Origin: an uncultured Gammaproteobacteria bacterium
GTDB taxonomy: Bacteria > Patescibacteriota > Patescibacteriia > UBA2196 > GWA2-42-15
Assembly (NCBI GenBank): GCA_964573135.1
Contig: CAZNIO010000002.1
Coordinates: forward strand, 2,535 to 66,534
Direction of reading: 5' to 3'
DNA: 64,000 nt
The translations under genes and the position numbers were made by a program. The notes beneath the pieces were generated by a model, which saw nothing but the letters and a program-made list of their open reading frames with translations, ran no database searches and was not told the origin of the DNA. Shown one piece after another: positions 21,884 to 29,918 of the stretch (its first letter is position 1; every line of letters starts with the position of its first letter).

Positions 21884-22321
21884 ATGTCAGATCAACTTCC
21901 AGACGAAAATTCAAAACGTTTTATTGCTGTTCTCAACAAGAAAGTTGAAACAGGCAAACTTATGAACGCACTTGGGCACATTACGGCTGGTCTTGCGGGT
22001 GGCTCTAATAAAACCGACGAAATGTGCTTTTTACAATATCAGGATAAAGAGGGCGGTAGTCATCCAAATATTTCTCACTTTCCGTTTATTGTACTCAAAG
22101 TTGACAACTCTAATAAAATTCGCAAAGTTCGCAACGAAGCCATCGACCGAAACATACCTTTCTCTGATTTCACGAGTACTATGACTGTTGGCACTTCTCA
22201 AGAACAACAGGACGCCACCCGCAAGACCTCCGAGGAAGAATTAGAATATTACGCTATTGTCTTGTTTGGTGGAACTGAAGAGCTGAAAGAATTCACAGGC
22301 AAGTTCTCTTTATACCAGTAA
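21884..22321 (+). CDS. Hypothetical protein, possibly DUF2000-like
   Basis: 145 aa, no motif I can assign with certainty. It is flanked by the A and A' repeats. Confidence 0.45.
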   Translation: MSDQLPDENSKRFIAVLNKKVETGKLMNALGHITAGLAGGSNKTDEMCFLQYQDKEGGSHPNISHFPFIVLKVDNSNKIRKVRNEAIDRNIPFSDFTSTMTVGTSQEQQDATRKTSEEELEYYAIVLFGGTEELKEFTGKFSLYQ

Positions 22322-22471
22322 AAATAAAAATAAACTCAAACCCCGCTGCGCTCTCCTCCTTGCAGTCGTCGGGTCGCACAACACCGTATATCTGGAAAAT
22401 GGCCTCAGCTCGGCATTTTCTCGAATTTACAACTCATTGCATTCATTGTAAACTCCAGATATCCCGATACA

Positions 22472-22702
22472 TTGTCAAAAATATCGTTCGCTCCACTCCG
22501 CTACCGCTACGTTACACTCCTCAATTTTTGACAACGCCGACGAATAGGCTTGGGCCTTCTAAGAGCTCACGATTCAACGGATAAGCGGCTCGCAACGACC
22601 CTACTGGCTTCCCTGCTCGGCCCAAGCCTAACTCAGTCCTTTCCTTAGTCTGAAAGCCTTCGGCTTTCACCCTGCGGAAAATCCTTCGTTAGGCTTCGCC
22701 TA
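22472..22702 (+). repeat. Copy A' of the structured repeat. The attC-like 69-nt palindrome GCCTAAC-N55-GTTAGGC lies at 22626..22694.
   Basis: Direct comparison with copy A. It ends 71 nt upstream of the HD-domain gene. Confidence 0.75.
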
Positions 22703-22772
22703 CCCATCCCATTAGCTTAAATTACCCAAAACCATTTTAATCTTTTCTATTTAATTATAATTTTTCATAAAA

Positions 22773-23417
22773 ATGAACAAAAAACAAATCATAAATCAAA
22801 CGGCTAAGCACGTCAAAATGAAACTAACCGGCGAAGGTTCTGGTCATGACTGGTGGCATGTTTATCGTGTCTGGAAAAATGCTGTCCATATTGGTAAACA
22901 TGAGAATGCAGATTTATTTGTTGTTGAACTTGCCGCCCTGCTTCACGATATCGCTGACTGGAAATTTCATAGTAATGCAGGTCCAAAATTGGCTCGCGAG
23001 TGGTTAAAAAAATTATCTGTTGATGAAAACGTAATTTCTCATGTTTGCCAAATCGTTCGAGACGCTTCATTCAAGGGCGCTAGCGTCATGACCAGAATAA
23101 AAACCAAGGAGGGTATGGTTGTTCAAGATGCCGATCGTTTAGACGCAATTGGCGCAATTGGAATCGGTAGAACCTTCGCCTACGGTGGCAGTCAAGGTCG
23201 CGAGATGTATAATCCCAATATTAAAACTAAAAAATATAAATCGCCTGATCAGTTTAAAAACAGCAGGAGTCCCACAATAAATCATTTTTATGAAAAATTA
23301 CTACTCTTGAAAGAATTAATGAATACCACGACTGCAAAAAAAATTGCCAGGAAACGACATAAATTTATGGGGAAGTTTCTAGACAAATTCTTTCAAGAGT
23401 GGGAAGGTAAAGATTAA
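22773..23417 (+). CDS. HD-domain phosphohydrolase
   Basis: H...HD motif (WWHVYRVWKNAVHIG...LAALLHDIADWKF) and downstream conserved D. Confidence 0.8.
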   Translation: MNKKQIINQTAKHVKMKLTGEGSGHDWWHVYRVWKNAVHIGKHENADLFVVELAALLHDIADWKFHSNAGPKLAREWLKKLSVDENVISHVCQIVRDASFKGASVMTRIKTKEGMVVQDADRLDAIGAIGIGRTFAYGGSQGREMYNPNIKTKKYKSPDQFKNSRSPTINHFYEKLLLLKELMNTTTAKKIARKRHKFMGKFLDKFFQEWEGKD

Positions 23418-23624
23418 AATGGTTTTGGACAACTCAAGCCACGCTGCGCTCTCACCAGCCCTTTTATTTTTTTAACAATAATGATGGCGGGCTCAGGTCA
23501 GCTAACACCGAGTATACGGTTCAGGCCTCAGCTCGGCCTTCACCCATATTTGCCTCCGCTACGCTATAACAAGCATCGTATACACGCATACATTATTCGA
23601 AATTTATTTTAAAAATTATTTTTT

Positions 23625-24011
23625 ATGAGAAAAGACATAGTCGCATTAATACTTGAAAAAGACGGATTATTTTTAATAGAAGAAAGGAAGAGTACAAATA
23701 CGTTAGATCCTGATAAGTTTGTATTTCCTGGCGGGCATCTTCATGTAGATGAAAAACTAGAGGATGCTATTAAACGTAAAACGTTTGAAGAATTACACAT
23801 TAAACTGATTAATTTCAAATTAGTATATGTGAAAAATTTTGACGGACCAGAAGAAAAACAAAAGCTTCACTGGTATTGGTGCGATAATTTTACTGGTAAA
23901 ATACAAAATAATGAAGCTGAACAATTAATTTGGATAAATGCAACTGAAATAGAAAGACTATCCTACCAAGTTAGCAAAGACGCATTCAAGGCCATGCTAA
24001 ACCAAAAATAA
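23625..24011 (+). CDS. NUDIX hydrolase
   Basis: Nudix-box-like region (GGHLHVDEKLEDAIKRKTFEELHI) in a 128-aa protein. Confidence 0.75.
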   Translation: MRKDIVALILEKDGLFLIEERKSTNTLDPDKFVFPGGHLHVDEKLEDAIKRKTFEELHIKLINFKLVYVKNFDGPEEKQKLHWYWCDNFTGKIQNNEAEQLIWINATEIERLSYQVSKDAFKAMLNQK

Positions 24012-24100
24012 CTTTTAAAATAAACATCGCCCAACAACGCGATAAGCGACTCCAGAAATTTACATTAATTTATATTTTTTATTCTTTAAACTAAAAACAT

Positions 24101-24379
24101 ATGATCAATTTAAAACGAAAAATTCCTACAAAAGTTTGGATCCCCCTCTTCGCATTCATTCTCTTGCTACCAATTATTATTGCCACTATTACAGTAGTAT
24201 TACATTGTCAAAATACTGAATTACCATTTTGGGGAGATGAACATTCAGTTGAAACTGGATACTTTATACTTTTCGCAATTACAACATACTATCTTTTCTA
24301 TATAGTCGCTCCCATACTTGTCATCTATTTTCTAATCTGGTCAATAAAATTTTGGAGAAATAAAAAGAACTCTGAATAA
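24101..24379 (+). CDS. Hypothetical small membrane protein
   Basis: Two to three predicted TM helices. No domain. Confidence 0.35.
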   Translation: MINLKRKIPTKVWIPLFAFILLLPIIIATITVVLHCQNTELPFWGDEHSVETGYFILFAITTYYLFYIVAPILVIYFLIWSIKFWRNKKNSE

Positions 24380-24529
24380 TATTGAAAATCACAAATTTGT
24401 TCTTGTCTGCTCCATCCAAATCCTGCTACTAGCATCAATATTTAATTCATTTAAACATCCGCATTCTGAATTCAACGAATGTGTCATTCGACACGGCTAG
24501 ACTTCAAACATACGGATCCGTTATTCGAA

Positions 24530-24886
24530 ATGGCCACAAATTATTATGAAAAACAAATCAATAAATTTACTGACCAATGGTCTCCCAAAATCATCACCCA
24601 AATAAACAACAATCATTTTAAATTAGCGAGAGTCGAATGAAACTTTAAGTGGCATGATCACAAAAACACCGATGAAGTATTCATGGTATTAGAGGGCCAA
24701 TTACGAATTGATTATCGAGACAGCAGTATTATTTTGAATAAAGGTGAGCTACCTGTGGTAAAAAAAGGAATTGAACATAAACCTTTCGCCACCAAAAAGT
24801 GCAAAATTTTACTTATAGAGCCAGCTGGAACAGTAAATACTGGCGATGTAGGTGGAGACCAAATAGCTCAAAATGAATGGATTTAA
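24530..24886 (+). pseudogene. Cupin-domain gene interrupted by an in-frame TGA (nonsense at 24638..24640)
   Basis: MATNYYEKQINKFTDQWSPKIITQINNNHFKLARVE-TGA-NFKWHDHKNTDEVFMVLEGQLRI... lies in one frame. The cupin motifs (wH.H...dE.f.vleG, P.G.eH) are split by the stop. TGA is a genuine stop elsewhere in this window. Confidence 0.5.
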
Positions 24887-25044
24887 TAATTTGTGAATTA
24901 TACTCAATAACACCCGACATTAAAACAACCGAATCATCAATAAATATTCTAACACCACTGCCACTCCTAAAACAAACTCTTTAATCCACTTGCCAAACCC
25001 ACACAAATACTTTAAATTAAAGATAGAGGACATTAGCCAGTTAT

Positions 25045-25968
25045 ATGCAAGAAATATTACTCTCCAACCTACCCAAAGCCCATGGCCAAGTAAAAGGCTG
25101 CTGGTTTAAGGGCTACCCCATACACAAAGGCTTCACTCAAGCCAGTCTTAACTATGCCACAATCTATGCCAATCAAAAAAAAATACTCCCCAAACAAAGT
25201 GCCCTTAAAAAAGATTTTGAATTTTTTAAAAAAACTCTACGCTCAGCTGGTTTTAAAATCCATTCTGTCCCCTTTCCCAACGAGCTAAATCAAATAGATA
25301 ATTTACGCCATGATGCCATTTTTATTAGAGACGTGGGTTTTATGTATAAAAATCTATGGATAAAATCTAACTTTAGCTGCCGTCATCGCCAGCCAGAAGC
25401 AGATGCCTATGCCCCCATCATTGCTAAAAAATTTAAAAAAAGAATAATCAACCTACCCAAAGGAGCCTACCTGGAATTTGGAGACACTCTCTATGCAAAA
25501 ACCAAGAGTGGTGTTTTTTATTTCGGTGGACTTTCAAGGTCTAATAAAAAAGGACATGACTTTGTCAAAAAAATAATAAAACCAGATTTCTATTGCCTTA
25601 TAAAATCAGAAGGTTATCACCTTGATACAATTTTTGCCCCAATTATAAACAAAGATAATCAGCTCGTCGCATTTATTGTCAACAAGAAACGCTTTAATAC
25701 CAAGTGTTTAGATAAAATAAAAAAACTGGGGATTCCAATAATTAATATAAAACCAATCGACTCCTCAGGCATTCCAGGCAAACTTGGTAATTATGCCATC
25801 AACGCCCTCGTCGCCCCAGGAATTATGGTCAGCTGTCACAAATTTGAAACTCTAGGAGTAGAAAAAAAATTAAAAGAACTGGGTATTAAACACCATGTCA
25901 CCCCTCTCACATATTTCAGATTTGCAGGAGGGTCTTGCCACTGTCTGGCCAATGAAATTAACAAATAA
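25045..25968 (+). CDS. Amidinotransferase-superfamily enzyme (DDAH / arginine deiminase-like)
   Basis: Characteristic C-terminal catalytic Cys context (FAGGSCHCLANEI) and an internal GYHLDT segment. Confidence 0.55.
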   Translation: MQEILLSNLPKAHGQVKGCWFKGYPIHKGFTQASLNYATIYANQKKILPKQSALKKDFEFFKKTLRSAGFKIHSVPFPNELNQIDNLRHDAIFIRDVGFMYKNLWIKSNFSCRHRQPEADAYAPIIAKKFKKRIINLPKGAYLEFGDTLYAKTKSGVFYFGGLSRSNKKGHDFVKKIIKPDFYCLIKSEGYHLDTIFAPIINKDNQLVAFIVNKKRFNTKCLDKIKKLGIPIINIKPIDSSGIPGKLGNYAINALVAPGIMVSCHKFETLGVEKKLKELGIKHHVTPLTYFRFAGGSCHCLANEINK

Positions 25969-25980
25969 TTAATATAATCA

Positions 25981-26011
25981 AAAATCCGGGAATCAAGATT
26001 CCCGGATTTTT
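25981..26011. terminator. Bidirectional terminator hairpin between the amidinotransferase-like gene and rpoC
   Basis: AAAATCCGGGA-ATCAAGAT-TCCCGGATTTT. Confidence 0.55.
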
Positions 26012-26029
26012 AAATTACTTTAAAACAGC

Positions 26030-29000
26030 TTATTTACTCTCTGTCTTCTTCTCTTCGCCTTCCTTTTTAAAGCCAGTTCCACTTGGAATAAGCCGACCAA
26101 TAATTACATTCTCCTTAAGTCCGCGCAAATGATCAATTTTGCCAGTCACAGCTGCATCAATTAATACCCTGGTTGTTTCCTGGAAAGACGCTGCTGACAA
26201 GAATGATTGGGTAGATAAAGATGATTTAGTAATACCCAATAAGACTGGTAGGCCATATGCTCCTTGCTTACCCTCATTTTTTGCCTTAAGATTTTCCTCA
26301 ATTAAATCGTTCCGATCAACGATCTCTCCTGGTGATAGCATTGTATCCCCGGAAAACTCAATCATAAGCTTTGAAAACATCTGTTTAACTATAATCTCAA
26401 TATGTTTATTATTCAAAGGTTGCCCTTGTGAAGAATAGACATATTGTATTTCTTGTATAACATACTCCTGTACAGCTTTTTGATCCTTCAGCTTATAAAG
26501 TTCTCCCAAATTAACTGATCCTTCAATTAATTGATCTCCTTTAGCAATCAAGTCCCCATTCTTTACCCAAACCTCTCTACCTCTTGGCACAACAGTCTCA
26601 ATTTCCGCATCTTTTTCATTAGTAACCACAATCACCTTTAAATCATCATCTATCTTCTCTACTTTTATCTTACCGTCTTGCGGAGATTTTATCTTTCTTG
26701 GTTTTTCCATTAAAAATTCACCCTTCTTTACCGAAGATCCTTCCTTTTTAAGTAAATTCTTTATATCCTTGCTTCTTATATAAATCTTTTCTTTCTTTAC
26801 TTCTTTACCAATAATTTTAAGTGTTTTCTCGCGTGTTTCCTCATCATAGCTAATCTGAATCTGCCCATCAATTGGCGCAATAAAAGCTGCTTTTTTAACT
26901 GGCCTAGATTCAAAAATCTCTTCAACCCTTGGTAAACCCTGAGTAATATCCCCGCCACCAGCTACACCACCTGTATGAAATGTTCTCATTGTCAGCTGTG
27001 TACCAGGCTCACCAATACTTTGTGCTGCTATAATACCAACGGCAACTCCTAATTTTACAAGGTCATTCCGTCCTAAATCCCAACCATAACACTTAGCACA
27101 CAAACCTCGCTTAGATAAACAAGTAAATATAGAACGAATATTGACCTGGTCAATACTCTTGTCTTTATCAATTTCTCGAGCCTCTTTGTGCCCAATAACT
27201 TCTCCTTTTTTAACTACTACTCTACCACGCTTGGTTTTAACAGCAGATAATACAACTCTGCCTTTAATTCTTTTAATAAAATCTCTTAAACCCTCACGGA
27301 ACACAACAACACCTTCCTTATCACCACAGTCCTCTTCGCTCACAATCACGTCCTGAGCCACATCAATCAAACGCCTAGTCAAATATCCAGCGTTAGCCGT
27401 TCTAAGAGCCGTATCTGATAATCCTTTCCTAGCACCATGAGTTGTAATAAAATACTCAAGCACATCCATGCCTTCTTTTAAAGATGCTTTAACTGGCAAC
27501 TCAATGGTTTCACCATTTGGGTTAGCCATCAGTCCTCTCATGCCCATCATTTGAGTAGTCTGACCCCAAGAACCACGTGCACCTGAATTCATCATTGAAA
27601 ATACAGCGCCATCTTTGGGTAATTTATCCTTACATAAATCGACAATCTTATCCTTGGCTCCTGCCCAAATTTCAATTATTTTACTATGTCGCTCATCATT
27701 GGTTAAAAATCCCTGACCGTACTGATCTTCCACTTCTTCAGCACTGGCTTCGGCCTCTTCAAAAACACTATGCTTCTCTGGCAAAGGGGGCAAATCAGCC
27801 ATACCCCAAGAAATGCCTGAGCGAGTGACATAAATCATTGATAATGATTTAATATCATTTAAAAATTGGACTGTTCTCTCTCTGCCATAAACTTCCATCA
27901 CCTCTTGAGCCAAAGATTTTAAACGACCCTTATCCACTAATTCATTTACAAAATTAATTTTCTCAGGAATAACCTCATTAAACACAATACGACCCATACT
28001 TGTATCGATAATCTTGCCATTAATCCTCACTTTAACCTTTTCTCGTAAATCAACCAAATCATTATCAAACACCTGCCTAGCTTCTTCAGTTGAAGAAAAC
28101 AGCCTTGTTTCTTCGTCCGCCTTTTCAAGAGCTATAAAAGTAAGGAAATAGCAACCTAACACAAAATCCTGTGCAGGTGTTACTGATGGATCTCCAGTTG
28201 CTGGTTTTAAAATATTTTTACTTGAAAGCATTATTTCAGCAGCTTCCTTGCGTGCCTGCTTGGTCAAAGGTACGTGTACAGCCATCTGGTCTCCATCAAA
28301 GTCAGCATTAAAAGGTGGGCACACCAAAGGATGCAATTGAATTGCCTTGCCTTCAATTAATATTGGTTTAAAAGCTTGAATACCCAAACGATGCAAGGTT
28401 GGAGCCCTATTTAGATAAACATATGAATCTTTAGTAATTTTCTCTAAAATATCCCACACCTCACCACGATCAGCCTCAATAAAACGATTAGCCGATCTCA
28501 CATTGTGGACATATTCTTTTTTAATAAGCTCTGCAATAATAAAGGGCTTAAATAACTCAAGGGCCATTCTCTTCGGTATACCACATTCATCAAATTTTAA
28601 GTGTGGACCGACTACAATTACACTTCTCCCAGAATAGTCAACTCTTTTACCGAGTAAATTCTGCCTAAACCTGCCTTGCTTACCTTTCAAAATGTCGGCC
28701 AAAGACTTAAGCATTCTTTTTTGCCCAGTTGAAGCTGTAACTGTTTTACCATGCCTGGCTGAATTATCAATCAGGGCATCAACCGCTTCCTGTAACATTC
28801 TCTTTTCATTACGACAAATAACTTCAGGAGCATTTAAATCAATCAATTTACGCAAACGATTATTTCTATTAATAACTCGTCTATATAAATCATTCAAATC
28901 AGATGTAGCAAAACGCCCACCGTCCAATTGCACCATTGGTCGCAAATCTGGTGGAATAACAGGAACAGTATCAAGGATCATCCACTCTGGTCTAATACTA

Positions 29001-29878
29001 TTTTTCTTCAAACTTTTTATAACCTTCAACCTCTTAATTAACTTGCGATAGCCACCACCGACAGTCTTTGTCATAGCAATTTCAATCTTCTTTATTTCTT
29101 CATCTAAATTAATATTTGAAAGTACATTACGGATGCTCTCTGCCCCAATACCCACCTCAAAAATATGGCCATATTTAAGTGACCAATCCTGATAAATACT
29201 TTCGGGAATAACTTTTAATTTTTTAATCTCACCCAATTCTTTCTTGGCTGTATCAAAGGCTTGAGTTAACTCTTTAAGCTCTTTTTCCTTGCCTTCATCT
29301 GCTTTTTTAATATCACTTTCTTTGCCTTTTTCATTTTTGTCCTTAACCTGTTTTACCCTATTAGCAAAATCTCCTTCAATTCTTTTTTTCTTCTGCTTAT
29401 ACTCATCTTTAATCTGCTCCAAAGTCTGCTCTTTTAATTCTTCATCTACATTTAATATTAAATAATCAGCAAAATAAATTACCTTTTCCAGCAATTGTGC
29501 TGAAATATCTAAAACCAAACCCAATTTGGAAGGGATACCGCGCAAAAACCAAATGTGTGAAACCGGCACAACTAAATCAATGTGGCCCATTCTTTCACGT
29601 CTAACCAAGGATCGAGTTACTTCAACTCCACACTTATCACAAATTATTCCCTTATACCTAACTCTTTTATACTTACCGCAATAACATTCCCAGTCTTTAG
29701 TCGGACCAAAAATCTTTTCGCAAAACAGCCCGTCTTTCTCAGGTTTTTGTGTTCTGTAGTTTATGGTTTCTGGCTTTAGTACTTCGCCATGTGACCACGC
29801 ATGCATAACATCAGGTGAAGCAACCTTCAATCTAATGCTATCAAACTCGAGTGTTGGTTTTTGAAACTCATTTTGCAT
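26030..29878 (-). CDS. rpoC: DNA-directed RNA polymerase subunit beta'
   Basis: Zn-binding CYCGKYKRVRYKGIICDKCGVEV, NADFDGDQMAVHVPL catalytic motif. 1282 aa. Confidence 0.97.
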   Translation of the reverse strand: MQNEFQKPTLEFDSIRLKVASPDVMHAWSHGEVLKPETINYRTQKPEKDGLFCEKIFGPTKDWECYCGKYKRVRYKGIICDKCGVEVTRSLVRRERMGHIDLVVPVSHIWFLRGIPSKLGLVLDISAQLLEKVIYFADYLILNVDEELKEQTLEQIKDEYKQKKKRIEGDFANRVKQVKDKNEKGKESDIKKADEGKEKELKELTQAFDTAKKELGEIKKLKVIPESIYQDWSLKYGHIFEVGIGAESIRNVLSNINLDEEIKKIEIAMTKTVGGGYRKLIKRLKVIKSLKKNSIRPEWMILDTVPVIPPDLRPMVQLDGGRFATSDLNDLYRRVINRNNRLRKLIDLNAPEVICRNEKRMLQEAVDALIDNSARHGKTVTASTGQKRMLKSLADILKGKQGRFRQNLLGKRVDYSGRSVIVVGPHLKFDECGIPKRMALELFKPFIIAELIKKEYVHNVRSANRFIEADRGEVWDILEKITKDSYVYLNRAPTLHRLGIQAFKPILIEGKAIQLHPLVCPPFNADFDGDQMAVHVPLTKQARKEAAEIMLSSKNILKPATGDPSVTPAQDFVLGCYFLTFIALEKADEETRLFSSTEEARQVFDNDLVDLREKVKVRINGKIIDTSMGRIVFNEVIPEKINFVNELVDKGRLKSLAQEVMEVYGRERTVQFLNDIKSLSMIYVTRSGISWGMADLPPLPEKHSVFEEAEASAEEVEDQYGQGFLTNDERHSKIIEIWAGAKDKIVDLCKDKLPKDGAVFSMMNSGARGSWGQTTQMMGMRGLMANPNGETIELPVKASLKEGMDVLEYFITTHGARKGLSDTALRTANAGYLTRRLIDVAQDVIVSEEDCGDKEGVVVFREGLRDFIKRIKGRVVLSAVKTKRGRVVVKKGEVIGHKEAREIDKDKSIDQVNIRSIFTCLSKRGLCAKCYGWDLGRNDLVKLGVAVGIIAAQSIGEPGTQLTMRTFHTGGVAGGGDITQGLPRVEEIFESRPVKKAAFIAPIDGQIQISYDEETREKTLKIIGKEVKKEKIYIRSKDIKNLLKKEGSSVKKGEFLMEKPRKIKSPQDGKIKVEKIDDDLKVIVVTNEKDAEIETVVPRGREVWVKNGDLIAKGDQLIEGSVNLGELYKLKDQKAVQEYVIQEIQYVYSSQGQPLNNKHIEIIVKQMFSKLMIEFSGDTMLSPGEIVDRNDLIEENLKAKNEGKQGAYGLPVLLGITKSSLSTQSFLSAASFQETTRVLIDAAVTGKIDHLRGLKENVIIGRLIPSGTGFKKEGEEKKTESK

Positions 29879-29918
29879 AAATATTTTTTAAAATTATTTC
29901 TCCTCTTTTTTAACTTCT

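Noticed and set aside
22360-22584. 74-aa ORF spanning the B segment and the A' repeat (and similar short ORFs inside the repeats)
   Set aside because: It runs through repeated, GC-rich structured sequence. It has no counterpart in copy A in the same frame context and no RBS. Treated as noncoding.
21585-22702. Possibility that the A repeat is RNase P RNA or a known riboswitch
   Set aside because: Only a single conserved heptamer (GGAAAGUCC) matches RNase P. The element is too short, lacks the other universal P4/P-loops, and is duplicated. The minus-strand CAGGGUGAAAG resembles FMN or cobalamin riboswitch cores, but none of the other conserved elements of either class could be matched by eye. 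This needs a covariance-model search rather than a call.
23480-23535. Group II intron domain V-like string (CCGAGUAUACGGUUC)
   Set aside because: Only the 3' half resembles domain V. There is no complementary 5' strand, no GUGYG 5' end and no RT ORF nearby.
24638-24640. Reading the in-frame TGA in the cupin gene as selenocysteine or as UGA=Gly/Trp recoding
   Set aside because: TGA terminates recA and the MBL hydrolase gene in this same window. No SECIS-like hairpin is evident immediately downstream. A nonsense mutation or sequencing error is more parsimonious.
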